Positions 1 through 9,654 of a stretch of DNA of 63,025 nucleotides are shown here, one piece after another (positions within the stretch are counted from its first letter, which is position 1; each line of letters starts with the position of its first letter). The notes beneath the pieces were generated by a model. The model did not search any database. It was not told the DNA's origin and saw only the letters and a list, made by a program, of their open reading frames with translations. Where the stretch lies: the IMG/VR virus record IMGVR_UViG_3300031413_000001, one strand, 5' to 3'. The position numbers were made by a program, and so were the translations under genes. The stretch comes from a virus (lineage: Duplodnaviria > Heunggongvirae > Uroviricota > Caudoviricetes).

Positions 1-569
1 ACCATGTAGGGAGAACGGGGCAAGTGGATGTCAAACACCTTGGGCCAATGCGTTTCGGTCTCGGCCTGATAAATTGGATCGGATCCTGGCGCCTTATATG
101 TGGGCCATTTTGCCTCATAGGCCTCATCCTCTTCCTGACCATCGCTGATGTGCCAGTTGTTCAAATGAGCATGCCACATCTCATAGCAGCTTAAAAGCAT
201 CCTCTTTCGAGGAACTAACGCGATGACCCGTGGAAAGATAGGGAGTGTTTTGCGCTCCTTGGCATCCCAGCTGGTTACCCACTTTCGCTCATTTTGTCTC
301 TTGAGCCATGTCCATACGGGCAGATCCCCACTGAAGTCTGGAATGCGCTCGGCCATCTGGCGTCGCATCCACTCGTAGGGATATTCAAAATGACCGTTGA
401 CCTCATCATCTCCAGCACCATGACTTCCTGTCAGATAGCCACGAGCTACTGCTTCATCCCAAGCCCTGGGATCCTGCCGAGTGTAGACGCGCACCAGCTC
501 ATCGGGTCCCATGGACATAAGTCGTTGGATGTGGCCCAGGGAGACCCGTTTGTGATCGGTGTATCCCAT
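1..569 (-). CDS. DUF3841-like protein (runs off window start)
   Basis: Manual translation MGYTDHKR...YEWMRRQM...LPVWTW...MLLSCYEMWHAHLNNW. ATG overlaps the coaD TGA. Not in the ORF track. Confidence 0.65.
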   Translation of the reverse strand, partial: MGYTDHKRVSLGHIQRLMSMGPDELVRVYTRQDPRAWDEAVARGYLTGSHGAGDDEVNGHFEYPYEWMRRQMAERIPDFSGDLPVWTWLKRQNERKWVTSWDAKERKTLPIFPRVIALVPRKRMLLSCYEMWHAHLNNWHISDGQEEDEAYEAKWPTYKAPGSDPIYQAETETHWPKVFDIHLPRSPYM

Positions 570-1111
570 CACAGTTCTTTCTTGTAGAGCTTTCTAAAGG
601 CGTACTCTGCCTTCAACGCTCCTTCGACACTTGGGGTGACAAGCCAGCTGACATCCTCATTCAAGCTGGCAAGTTCCCGAGCAAAGCTGCTCGAAACGTG
701 CAGATACTGTTCCTTGCAGATAAAGTGCGTGAAGATCACACTGGAATCCAAGTGTCCTGCGACTCCTGCGAGTGCGAACTCATCATTGAAGTCACCAGCC
801 TGTCGCAGCCCTCGGACAATATGAGTGGCGCCGATCTGATGCGCGTATTTGACGATACTGATGCCCTCATAGGAACCACAGAGCAATCGGCCCTGACTTA
901 GCGCCTGAGCCAATATGGGGTTCTCCCACTCCTTGACTGCCTGGCCGATAAGCGAGATCCTCTCATCCACTGAGAAGAAGCCCTTTTTGGCAACGTTCTG
1001 ACCAATCCCCAGATGCACGACATCAAAGGTCTGCACCGCCTTACTGATAATATCGAGATGACCGCGTGTCAGTGGATCAAAGGATCCGGCGTAGAGGGCT
1101 GTTGTATCCAT
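569..1111 (-). CDS. coaD: phosphopantetheine adenylyltransferase
   Basis: YAGSFDPLTRGHLDII, IVRGLR, VSSS motifs. Confidence 0.9.
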   Translation of the reverse strand: MDTTALYAGSFDPLTRGHLDIISKAVQTFDVVHLGIGQNVAKKGFFSVDERISLIGQAVKEWENPILAQALSQGRLLCGSYEGISIVKYAHQIGATHIVRGLRQAGDFNDEFALAGVAGHLDSSVIFTHFICKEQYLHVSSSFARELASLNEDVSWLVTPSVEGALKAEYAFRKLYKKEL

Positions 1112-1181
1112 GCCTCTTCCTAACAAGACGCTCCAAACTGTCAAGTTGCATAAATATGTGTGCGTTTAATGGAGGTTGGAA

Positions 1182-1469
1182 ATGTCGCGACCAAAACCAA
1201 AGATCCTGCTCGACTACACTGACCCAAAGACCTACAAGGCTGAGCAGATCCTTGAGGCCGAAGCAATCTATGCCGTCTTCTATGAGGGCAAGCCGATCAA
1301 CCTGCGTAGCATCAATAGCCTGCTGAACTATCCTGGACCCAAGTACAAAAAGGTAAGCTTCAGCAATCCCGGTCATGCGTTCAACTTGGCTGAAAAGCTC
1401 AACAAGTTGTTCAAAAGCGATCGGTTCAAGGTTTATGAGCTAACGGGCGGCAAGCCAATCAGCGAGTGA
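1182..1469 (+). CDS. hypothetical phage protein
   Basis: GGAGG SD, TAAATA at 1151. Confidence 0.75.
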   Translation: MSRPKPKILLDYTDPKTYKAEQILEAEAIYAVFYEGKPINLRSINSLLNYPGPKYKKVSFSNPGHAFNLAEKLNKLFKSDRFKVYELTGGKPISE

Positions 1470-1861
1470 GCGTTCATCATCAAATAGTGAGTGCTATTCG
1501 AAAGCACCATGCGCTCACGCCCAAGGCAGCAGCCACACTGATCGACCAAATGAATGATGAGGAAGTCATCCGGATGATGTTCAGCAACATCCGATACGGT
1601 GATGGCGACCTCCGCGGGTTGCAGCTTACACAGGGCGGACTGGCTATCATGCAGAGCTTTTTCAAAAGCTACCGCGTGGAGTTCCCCGATCAAGCGACAT
1701 TCAGCAGTCGCCATATATTGTATCTAGACCGTATGTGTCAGATGCCCTGGTGGGCCGTGTCCACCCTTCCCGTCACCATAACGTTCTTTGAACCCGGGCT
1801 TGCCATGAAGGCAAAGCTAGTTGGTGACCTCGACATACTCCTTACCGCTTTCTCAGGCTGA
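1466..1861 (+). CDS. hypothetical protein (possible distant FKL-motif family member)
   Basis: GTGA overlap; TITFFEPGLAMKAKL. Confidence 0.65.
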   Translation: MSVHHQIVSAIRKHHALTPKAAATLIDQMNDEEVIRMMFSNIRYGDGDLRGLQLTQGGLAIMQSFFKSYRVEFPDQATFSSRHILYLDRMCQMPWWAVSTLPVTITFFEPGLAMKAKLVGDLDILLTAFSG

Positions 1862-2068
1862 TAAAAATCTCACCAGTGGCACTTTCTTATATTGCACTCA
1901 TGCGAGTGTGGCAATAGTTCAACCAGTGCGCGGGGGCCACTTGCTTGTGGTCGCGGTGTAGCAAAACAGAAAAGTTGTTGGCAGCACAATTTACTGGTTG
2001 ACGGCCACTTAGCTGGTGTTAAGTTGGTCTAGGTTAGAACACTGTTAGGCCATTAAAAAGGAAATCGA

Positions 2069-3292
2069 ATGTCCAAGAAGGGTGCAAGCCGTATCGACAC
2101 TCTGACGGTGAAGCCGTCGGAAGCTGCCATTGCAATCAAGCACATGGTCGGCGTCAACATGGAGAATGCGCGCATCGGTAAGAAGCGCCGCGGTCTCTTC
2201 CTCTGGGGTCCTCCGGGTCTCGGTAAGTCTTCGGTCGCCGAGCAGGTCGCCGACGAGCTGAATCTCAAGCTCATCGACGTTCGTCTCACCCAGATGGAGC
2301 CGACCGATCTTCGTGGTATCCCGGTTCCGTTCCAGAGCAAGGACGGCGACGGTCGTGCTTATGTGCAGTGGGCAACGCCCGACATGCTGCCCAAGCGCGT
2401 TGCAGGCAAGCGCGTTTGCGAGCTGGTCGACGAGCTTTCGGGTCGCAAGTACGATGGCGCGATCATCCTGCTCGACGAGCTTCCCAACGCTGCCCCGTCG
2501 GTTCAGGCCGGTTCGTACCAGCTGGTTCTCGATGGCGCGCTCGGCGAGTACATCGTTCCGGACAACGTCGTGGTCATGGCCGCGGGTAACCGGGAAACGG
2601 ACAAGGGCGCAACGTTCAAGATGCCGACCCCGCTGCTGAATCGCTTCACTCACGTGGAAGTGCGTTCGGACTTCGAGGATTTCCAGACGTTCGCACTGAA
2701 CGCAGGCTTCGACAAGGACGTGGTCGGCTACCTGACGGCATTCAAGCACGAGCTGTTCCAGTTCGAGGCGACGAGCGCATCGCGCGGCTTCCCCACCCCG
2801 CGTTCGTGGGAGTCCGTTTCGGATATCCTGCGCGGTTCGAAGTCGGATGGTTCGCCCATCAACCTGCCGGAAATGGTCCTGATGAGCCTGATCGCTGGTG
2901 CGGTCGGTGACGGCATCGCGGTCAAGTTCCTCGAGTATCGGAAGAACGCAGGCTCGCTGCCCGCAGCTTCGGACGTCCTCGATGGCAAGGTCACGGACCT
3001 GAAGAAGGGTGCGGACATCTCCCTCATGTACGCGCTGACCACGGCGCTCTGCTATGAGCTGAAGGACCGCTTCGACGCACAGGCCAAGTCGAAGAAGGCC
3101 GAGGACAAGAAGGCGTTCTCGAAGAACGTCGACAACTTCCTGGGCTTCATGATGCGGCAGTTCCAGAGCGAGATGGTGATCATGGGTGCGCGAACCGCAC
3201 TGGCGATCTTCCGGATCACGTTCGATCCGAACGGCATGAAGAACTGGGACGAGTTCTCGGACAAGTACCAGGACCTCATCCTCCAGGCGTAA
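2069..3292 (+). CDS. MoxR-like AAA+ ATPase
   Basis: Walker A GPPGLGKS, Walker B LLDE, AAGNR, NRF, TPRSW. Confidence 0.9.
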   Translation: MSKKGASRIDTLTVKPSEAAIAIKHMVGVNMENARIGKKRRGLFLWGPPGLGKSSVAEQVADELNLKLIDVRLTQMEPTDLRGIPVPFQSKDGDGRAYVQWATPDMLPKRVAGKRVCELVDELSGRKYDGAIILLDELPNAAPSVQAGSYQLVLDGALGEYIVPDNVVVMAAGNRETDKGATFKMPTPLLNRFTHVEVRSDFEDFQTFALNAGFDKDVVGYLTAFKHELFQFEATSASRGFPTPRSWESVSDILRGSKSDGSPINLPEMVLMSLIAGAVGDGIAVKFLEYRKNAGSLPAASDVLDGKVTDLKKGADISLMYALTTALCYELKDRFDAQAKSKKAEDKKAFSKNVDNFLGFMMRQFQSEMVIMGARTALAIFRITFDPNGMKNWDEFSDKYQDLILQA

Positions 3293-3313
3293 GTCTCCGT
3301 TGGCCTAACGGGG

Positions 3314-3345
3314 AGGGGCAGTGTGGCAACATGCTGCCCCTTTTT
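3314..3345 (+). terminator. intrinsic terminator
   Basis: AGGGGCAG...CTGCCCCT followed by T run. Confidence 0.75.
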
Positions 3346-3436
3346 AGGCTAAATAAGCTACCTGAGGTCTCCTAATAAGTTGACTGCAGGGTGCTTCCTG
3401 CTATACTGCGGGAACAACGACAAAAGGAAGGATCTC

Positions 3437-4735
3437 ATGGCAGCGAATATGTCCGATCCAGTAGTCCAGGCAATCGTGGCAGCACGAGTCTCACTACTGT
3501 TCAATCAGCCATTCTTCGGCAACCTCGCAACCCGCATGGAGCTCATCGACGCGACCAAGTGGTGCAAGACGGCCGCAACGGATGGCCGGAAGCTCTACTA
3601 CAATCGTGAGTTCATCAAGGCCCTGACCCCCGAGGAACTCCTGTTCCTTATCGGCCATGAGGTTCTCCACTGCGTCTACGATCACCTTGGTCGTAAGGGT
3701 TCGCGCGAGCACAAGCTCTGGAACATGGCGAACGACTACATCGTCAACTATACGCTGGTCAAGGAAAAGCTGGGCGCAATGCCCAAGGGCGGCCTCTACG
3801 ACGACAAGTACACCGACGAGATGACCTCGGAGGAAGTGTACCGTCTTCTGGAGCAGAACCAGGCCAAGTTCCAGATGACCCTGGACGAGCATCTCGAAAT
3901 GGATGGCTCGGACGGCGACGATGACGGCGATGGCAACGGCGGCGGTCAGACGATCACCGTAACGGTCCAGGGCGACGGCAATGGTCCGCCCAAGCTGACC
4001 GAAGAGGACAAGGCCAAGATCCGTAACGAGATCAAGGCTGCGGTCATCAACGCTGCACAGGCAGTGGGTGCTGGCAAGGTCCCTGCAGGCGTCAAGCGTC
4101 TTATCGATGCTTTCACCAATCCGATCATGGACTGGCGGACGCTTCTCGAGATGCACATCCAGAGCTCGATCAAGGACGACTACACGTTCAATCGTCCGTC
4201 GAAGCGGTCGTGGGGCATGGGTGGCGGTGCATCCGTCATTCTCCCGGGCCAGAACTTCAAGGACACCGTTGACGTTGCAGTCTGCATCGACACTTCGGGT
4301 TCGATGACCGACGAGATGCTCCGCGATTTCCTCTCGGAAACCAAGGGCATCATGGAGACGTTCGACGACTTCAAGCTCACGCTTTGGACGTTCGACACGC
4401 AGGTCTATAACCCCGCGGTGTTCACAACCAACAACATCGACGAGATCATGGACTACGACCCCAAGGGCGGTGGTGGCACCATGTTCGAGTGCAACTGGGA
4501 GTTCATGCGCGATCCAGCTGGTGCTGGCTTTGCGGACGTGGACGGCCTGGGCGATGCCATCGAGCCGAAGAAGTTCGTTATGTTCACGGACGGTTATCCG
4601 TGCGGCCACTGGTGCCCGCCGGGTGACGAAGAGTATTGCGACACGCTGTTCGTTGTTCACGGCAACACCAGCATCGTTGCTCCGTTCGGCATGACGGCCT
4701 ACTACCAGAAGGAAGAGGTCCGCCAGGCGGCCTAA
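3437..4735 (+). CDS. DUF2201-type HEXXH metallopeptidase plus VWA domain protein (MoxR partner)
   Basis: TAATDG, HEVLH, DTSGS MIDAS, GGGGT, FTDG. Confidence 0.85.
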   Translation: MAANMSDPVVQAIVAARVSLLFNQPFFGNLATRMELIDATKWCKTAATDGRKLYYNREFIKALTPEELLFLIGHEVLHCVYDHLGRKGSREHKLWNMANDYIVNYTLVKEKLGAMPKGGLYDDKYTDEMTSEEVYRLLEQNQAKFQMTLDEHLEMDGSDGDDDGDGNGGGQTITVTVQGDGNGPPKLTEEDKAKIRNEIKAAVINAAQAVGAGKVPAGVKRLIDAFTNPIMDWRTLLEMHIQSSIKDDYTFNRPSKRSWGMGGGASVILPGQNFKDTVDVAVCIDTSGSMTDEMLRDFLSETKGIMETFDDFKLTLWTFDTQVYNPAVFTTNNIDEIMDYDPKGGGGTMFECNWEFMRDPAGAGFADVDGLGDAIEPKKFVMFTDGYPCGHWCPPGDEEYCDTLFVVHGNTSIVAPFGMTAYYQKEEVRQAA

Positions 4736-4742
4736 CCTTCGG

Positions 4743-4770
4743 TGGGGAGGGGCTAGTACCCTCCCCATTT
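4743..4770 (+). terminator. intrinsic terminator
   Basis: TGGGGAGGG/CCCTCCCCA then TTT. Confidence 0.6.
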
Positions 4771-4789
4771 AGATCGAAAAGGGGAAGAA

Positions 4790-5353
4790 ATGAAGACGCT
4801 TGCTCTGCTGCTGACTATGTTGGTAGCAACTCCAGCCGCTGCTCGTGATTTTGGAACCTACGATGGTTTCACGGTGGTTGCATCGGAAGCCGATAGCGAG
4901 ACCGCCGAAGGTGGTTTCTGCGGAATGCTCAAGGATGGCTACGAGGGAGCAGGCAGCTCGCGTCTCCTGGTGTACCGCTTTTTGGAGCATCCCGACTCCG
5001 TGGCCGTCAGTGTGGACAATTACAATTGGACCACCGTCAAGGGCAAGGAATACGAAGTCCAGTTCCATCTGGACGACTATTACTATGATCGGACGGCGAT
5101 CGGTACAGAAGACACGATCCGCAAGGGTCTGATGGGAGTCTTCCCGGCCAGTGACTTCCTGCCCGTGTTTGGAAAGTCCGCTGGATTCAAGATCACAATG
5201 GGTGATACCACGGTGGACAATCTGAGCCTCAGGGGTTCGGGTGCGGCCGTGGATGCACTGAACCGCTGCTGGCAGTATCTTCGGGGCGACCAGGCTGTGA
5301 AGATTGCCAAGCGCGACAAGTTCAAGCATATCCCCAAGGATCCATTCAAGTAA
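4790..5353 (+). CDS. secreted/periplasmic protein
   Basis: Signal peptide MKTLALLLTMLVATPAAA. Confidence 0.75.
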   Translation: MKTLALLLTMLVATPAAARDFGTYDGFTVVASEADSETAEGGFCGMLKDGYEGAGSSRLLVYRFLEHPDSVAVSVDNYNWTTVKGKEYEVQFHLDDYYYDRTAIGTEDTIRKGLMGVFPASDFLPVFGKSAGFKITMGDTTVDNLSLRGSGAAVDALNRCWQYLRGDQAVKIAKRDKFKHIPKDPFK

Positions 5354-5385
5354 TTCAACAGTTCTGCTGCCGCAGATCGTACCTG

Positions 5386-5417
5386 GCCCTCGGAGGAAAC
5401 TCCGGGGGTCTTTTTTG
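5386..5417 (+). terminator. intrinsic terminator
   Basis: GC-rich hairpin with GAAA loop and T run. Confidence 0.75.
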
Positions 5418-5462
5418 TCTGAAATAATGACACCGGTATCACACCTGTTTTATGCTCACCCT

Positions 5463-5774
5463 ATGAGCAATCCAACCAGCATCCAATTCACCGACTTTGA
5501 AATCGCCACTGATGTGCTGTTCCGACGCGCAAAAACGGGTCCTATGAACCCCCGATGGGTCCGCGTACAGTTTCCCATACCCGACAATTGGGATGCTCAC
5601 GTGGCCGTTGAGAAGTGGCTCAATGAGAATACGCCCGGTCGGTGGACCACGTACCACTACCACAATCCCAAGGGCAAGAAGCAGGACTTTATGATGGTTG
5701 TCCGCTTCGAGGATAAAAATGATGCACTCATGTTCAAGCTACGTGGTGGCCATCAGGCGTACGAAACTCACTAA
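5463..5774 (+). CDS. FKL-motif family protein
   Basis: EKWLNEN...W...RFEDKNDALMFKL. Confidence 0.75.
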   Translation: MSNPTSIQFTDFEIATDVLFRRAKTGPMNPRWVRVQFPIPDNWDAHVAVEKWLNENTPGRWTTYHYHNPKGKKQDFMMVVRFEDKNDALMFKLRGGHQAYETH

Positions 5775-5839
5775 AAGATATTGAAGTGTGTGTTCATACT
5801 CTCGTATAGAAGTTGAGTAACGCAAGGAGTTTATGGATT

Positions 5840-6466
5840 ATGGCACTGGTTCCAATGGTCGTAGAGCAGACCGCTCGTGGTGAGCGCAGCTACGACATCT
5901 ACTCCCGCTTGCTCAAGGAGCGCGTGGTGTTCCTCAACGCGGAAGTGGAGGACCATATGGCGCAGCTGGTTTGCGCGCAGCTTCTCTTCCTGGAAGCCGA
6001 CGACCCCGACAAGGACATCTGGCTCTACATCAACTCGCCGGGTGGTGCGGTGACCGCTGGTCTGGCAATCTACGACACGATGCGCTTTATCAAGCCCGAC
6101 GTCTGCACCCTCGTGATGGGCCAGGCAGCATCCATGGGCAGTTTCCTCGCGCAGGCAGGGGCCAAGGGAAAGCGTTACGTTCTGCCCGAGTCGCGGACCA
6201 TGATCCATCGCGTATCGTCGGGAACGCCGGGAACGCGCGGCAGCGTTCACGTGCAGGACCTTCAGATGGAAGACGTCAAGCGGTCGTTTGAAGAGAGCCT
6301 TCGCATCAACAAGCGCCTGACGGAACTCTATGTTCGCCACAACACGGCAAAGAAGACCTACGATGAGCTCTTCGAGAACATGAAGTTCGACACGTTTCTG
6401 TCCTCGGAAGAGGCAGTCAAGTACGGTCTGGCTGATCGCGTGATTGAGACTCGCGCAGACGTTTGA
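5840..6466 (+). CDS. clpP: Clp protease proteolytic subunit
   Basis: [23 protein letters not shown] (catalytic Ser), MIH. Confidence 0.95.
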   Translation: MALVPMVVEQTARGERSYDIYSRLLKERVVFLNAEVEDHMAQLVCAQLLFLEADDPDKDIWLYINSPGGAVTAGLAIYDTMRFIKPDVCTLVMGQAASMGSFLAQAGAKGKRYVLPESRTMIHRVSSGTPGTRGSVHVQDLQMEDVKRSFEESLRINKRLTELYVRHNTAKKTYDELFENMKFDTFLSSEEAVKYGLADRVIETRADV

Positions 6467-6508
6467 CAAATGGAAGTGGAGCCTATATGGGATGGGCTCC
6501 ACTTTTTA

Positions 6509-6584
6509 AGGTATCTTGTTTTGGAAGCTCTGGCCCTCTAAGGTCGCGCTGATTGGGATCACGTATCCCCTAAGATACCTACCA
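6509..6584 (+). ncRNA. atypical tRNA-like element ending ACCA
   Basis: AGGTATCTT/AAGATACCT stem plus ACCA, 76 nt, two internal hairpins. Confidence 0.4.
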
Positions 6585-6662
6585 CTACCATAGCGTGGCC
6601 TAAGCACGGTAGCCCAGCTACCGTTTCTTACTCGCAGATCGATTTCTGCCTAGAGGCCACCT

Positions 6663-7853
6663 ATGTCATATCAGTTTCCCAAGATCACTCACCTTCAGCA
6701 GGTTCTTGACGCAATCAAGGGACGCGAAGAGTTCGTCATTCGCGTCAGCGAAGAGTACGACTACACGATCGTCAACTATGCTGTGAATTTTGAAGACACC
6801 TTTCCTCCGGTAACGGACGAGAGGACTGCTATCCTGCGTGAGTGCAGGGGCATCACGTTCCGCACCAGCACTGGCGAGATCATCTCACGAAAGTACCACA
6901 AGTTCTTCAACTTGGGCGAGCGTCCCGAGACGCTTCCGGGTAACATCGACTGGTCGATGTCATATCGGGAGTTTGAAAAGCTGGACGGCTCCATGATCAC
7001 CCCGCTGATGATTGATGGCGGTGTCCGGTGGTGCACCAAGATGGGCTTGACCGACGTGGCAAAGCCCGTTGATGAGCACACCAAGGACATGATCAACTAT
7101 CATGAGTTCGCCAAGTATTGGATCAGCCAGGGCTGGACTCCAATCTTTGAGTGGTGCTCGAGGACTCAGCGAATCGTCATCGACTATCCTGAGGACGCAT
7201 TGGTACTGACTGCCATCCGAAACAACATCTCGGGTGAATACAAAACCTACGAGGAGTTGAAAGATGAAGCAGACGCTTATGGTATTCCTCTGGTCAAAGC
7301 CGGTCCAGAAATTGATGGCTTTGATCAGGATGCTGTCGATCTAATCCGCGCCATTGAGGGCAAGGAAGGCGAAGTATGGCGTGGTCGTGATGGCCACATG
7401 CGAAAGCTCAAGGGCGAGCACTATTGCTTGCTTCACAAGACGCTGGAGCACTTGAACTACGAAAAGGACGTCATTCGTCTGATCGTTGATGAAAAGCTGG
7501 ACGACGCCAAGCCATTCCTTCCCGAGGATCTGGTCTCCAAGGTTGAGAACTTTGCCAAGGCAATCTTCCACGGCCTCCGTGTCTACTCCAGTTATCTCTT
7601 TTGGGAGGTTCAAGCGGACTTCGACAACACCAACGGAAGCAAGAAGAAGTTTGCCGAGAAGGTAAAGGACCTCAAGGACCAGCGTTTCCGCTTTTGGGCA
7701 TGGGATCATTTGGAAGAGGGCGAGGATGCAGTTCTTGCTCACATGATCCAGCAGGTTGGAAACAATCTGTCCAGCCAGACCAAAGTCAACGATTTCCGCT
7801 GGGTATGGGGCGGTGCCTCGTGGGCAGATTTCCGGAAGACCTCGGAGGAGTGA
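6663..7853 (+). CDS. RNA ligase 1 (T4 Rnl1-like)
   Basis: RECRG, KFFN, EKLDGS, FEW, EG, KLK motifs. Confidence 0.9.
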   Translation: MSYQFPKITHLQQVLDAIKGREEFVIRVSEEYDYTIVNYAVNFEDTFPPVTDERTAILRECRGITFRTSTGEIISRKYHKFFNLGERPETLPGNIDWSMSYREFEKLDGSMITPLMIDGGVRWCTKMGLTDVAKPVDEHTKDMINYHEFAKYWISQGWTPIFEWCSRTQRIVIDYPEDALVLTAIRNNISGEYKTYEELKDEADAYGIPLVKAGPEIDGFDQDAVDLIRAIEGKEGEVWRGRDGHMRKLKGEHYCLLHKTLEHLNYEKDVIRLIVDEKLDDAKPFLPEDLVSKVENFAKAIFHGLRVYSSYLFWEVQADFDNTNGSKKKFAEKVKDLKDQRFRFWAWDHLEEGEDAVLAHMIQQVGNNLSSQTKVNDFRWVWGGASWADFRKTSEE

Positions 7854-7910
7854 CAAATACTGTGGGCCGTGCTATTCAAAAGTACGGCCCATAAATATGG
7901 TGTGAGCACG

Positions 7911-8261
7911 ATGCGGACCACCAACCAAAAGTCAAAACTGTCTCAAGGCTTTCCAATTGTCCTCGAGGTATCCCATCTCAAGCAGACGAATGTGGACATG
8001 CTCTACAGCTTGATTGAGATCTGGCTCCGACAAAACTGCAAGAGCCCCTGGACCCTTGAGGAAATCAATGAAATCAAGGGCGAAGACCGCAAGACCCACG
8101 TCTACATCCGCTTGGTATTCCAAGACCCGCGTGAGGCCGTCTTCTACAAGCTAAGTCCCAGCTACCTCCACAACCGTCAGCAGGTTTCATTCTTTCTCTG
8201 CAACTTCAACGTTCAGCATAGTAGATTAGCTTCGGAAGCTAGTAGTTCTGCTAGTCAATAA
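7911..8261 (+). CDS. FKL-motif family protein
   Basis: EIWLRQNCKSPW...VFQDPREAVFYKL. Confidence 0.65.
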   Translation: MRTTNQKSKLSQGFPIVLEVSHLKQTNVDMLYSLIEIWLRQNCKSPWTLEEINEIKGEDRKTHVYIRLVFQDPREAVFYKLSPSYLHNRQQVSFFLCNFNVQHSRLASEASSSASQ

Positions 8262-8298
8262 AAACGTTGACGCTGGATAAGAAAGTGTTAAAACAAAA

Positions 8299-8412
8299 TT
8301 GCGTTGCTAGAACGCAAGATCGGAAAGGGGCTCTGGCAGCCCCAATTGGTGCATTCCTCGCGGTAGAGTCCGCGGGAGGGTACATCGCTCTGGCAGCGAA
8401 CTCCCCTTTCCG
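8299..8412 (+). ncRNA. structured intergenic RNA with twin GCTCTGGCAGC hairpins
   Basis: 10-bp closing stem 8321-30/8403-12; TTGACG promoter at 8267. Confidence 0.45.
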
Positions 8413-8441
8413 GTACTGGAAGCCCTATTGGGAGATCGAAC

Positions 8442-8774
8442 GTGTCAAAGTATCGTGTAACGATGGATTTGGATTTTGGTGAACTAGCGCCAGACGCGAT
8501 CCAGAATAACGCTGGTGACTCCGCACGGGTGGAAGAGGCCTTCAAAAGCATGATCATCGGTCAGGCTCGGTCCAAGTCCATCAGCGAACTCCATACGATC
8601 CGCAAGGATGAAGACATGGACATGGACGTCAAAGCCATCAGAATGGCTGAGAAGCTCATGAAGATAAAGGCCACGTTGATGGCTGAAGCAAACCTCACTG
8701 TGGAGCAGCTCAAAGGTGATACCTGTATTGGTACTGAGCTGCCCTTTGAGAGAAAATACTGCGACGCGGCATAA
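8442..8774 (+). CDS. hypothetical protein
   Basis: GGAG SD, GTG start. Confidence 0.65.
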   Translation: MSKYRVTMDLDFGELAPDAIQNNAGDSARVEEAFKSMIIGQARSKSISELHTIRKDEDMDMDVKAIRMAEKLMKIKATLMAEANLTVEQLKGDTCIGTELPFERKYCDAA

Positions 8775-8814
8775 TCCACATTGACAACTGGGCATTCCTC
8801 TTCCATAAGAGGGC

Positions 8815-9654
8815 ATGACCCAAGCAACATGGATTCTTCACGGTAACATCCTGGAAAGGCTTGTTTACCATGGGCGCTCGCTGCCCGAGGCCATTACGGC
8901 CGCAGGTCATCGGTTCTCGATCATCGAATGGGAAACAGGACAGACTCCTCCCACTTCCGATGTTGACGCAAACCAGCCTGTCGTGCTGTTTGGATCCCAT
9001 CCATTTGTTCGCGCAATCAATCCCTCAGGAAAGTATCAGCCTGGACAGCTTGGTGTAAACGAGCGAACCACCGCTTCTGCATACATGAGCAATCTGCCCC
9101 TGGAGTGGTTTATGAACCGTGACGGGTTCTTTTTGCCATGGGCGGTGTTCAAGTTGCGCGCCAAAGAACTCTTTTATACCTGGGACACCGACCGGCTGTT
9201 TATCCGCCCCAACACGGGCTTTAAGAGCTTTGCTGGTCAGGTAGTCAAGTTTGGCACCATTGATGAGGACATCAATGGGCTCAACCAACTTACAGGCATC
9301 ATGGACGAGAACATGATCCTCGTCGCCCCTCCGCAGAAGATCCTGGGTGAATTCCGCTTCGTAGTCGCAGACGGCAAGGTCGTCACTGGTAGTGAATACC
9401 GGTGGGATGGTCGTCTAGATATTCGACGCGACTGGACACCCGAGTGTGAGGATCTTGCCCGTCAGGTGGCCGAGCATTCCTGGCAAGTGGATATCGCTTA
9501 TACCTGCGACGTCGCGCTCCTAGAGGAAGGTCCCCGTCTGGTAGAGCTCAACGGCTTCTCATGCGCGGGAATGTACGCCTGCGATATTGATAAGGTTGTT
9601 CGCGCGGTCAGCGATGCTGCGATCAAGGAGTTCTATGGCGATGATATTTCGTAG
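8815..9654 (+). CDS. ATP-grasp protein (R2K/DUF4343-like)
   Basis: FIRP...KSFAG, EFRFVV, DVA...LVELN; ends in TAG. Confidence 0.75.
   Translation: MTQATWILHGNILERLVYHGRSLPEAITAAGHRFSIIEWETGQTPPTSDVDANQPVVLFGSHPFVRAINPSGKYQPGQLGVNERTTASAYMSNLPLEWFMNRDGFFLPWAVFKLRAKELFYTWDTDRLFIRPNTGFKSFAGQVVKFGTIDEDINGLNQLTGIMDENMILVAPPQKILGEFRFVVADGKVVTGSEYRWDGRLDIRRDWTPECEDLARQVAEHSWQVDIAYTCDVALLEEGPRLVELNGFSCAGMYACDIDKVVRAVSDAAIKEFYGDDIS

Noticed and set aside
3494-4768. Long antisense ORFs (also 5831-6502, 13951-14781, 55628-56560 and others)
   Set aside because: Shadows of codon-biased genes on the other strand, with no motifs.
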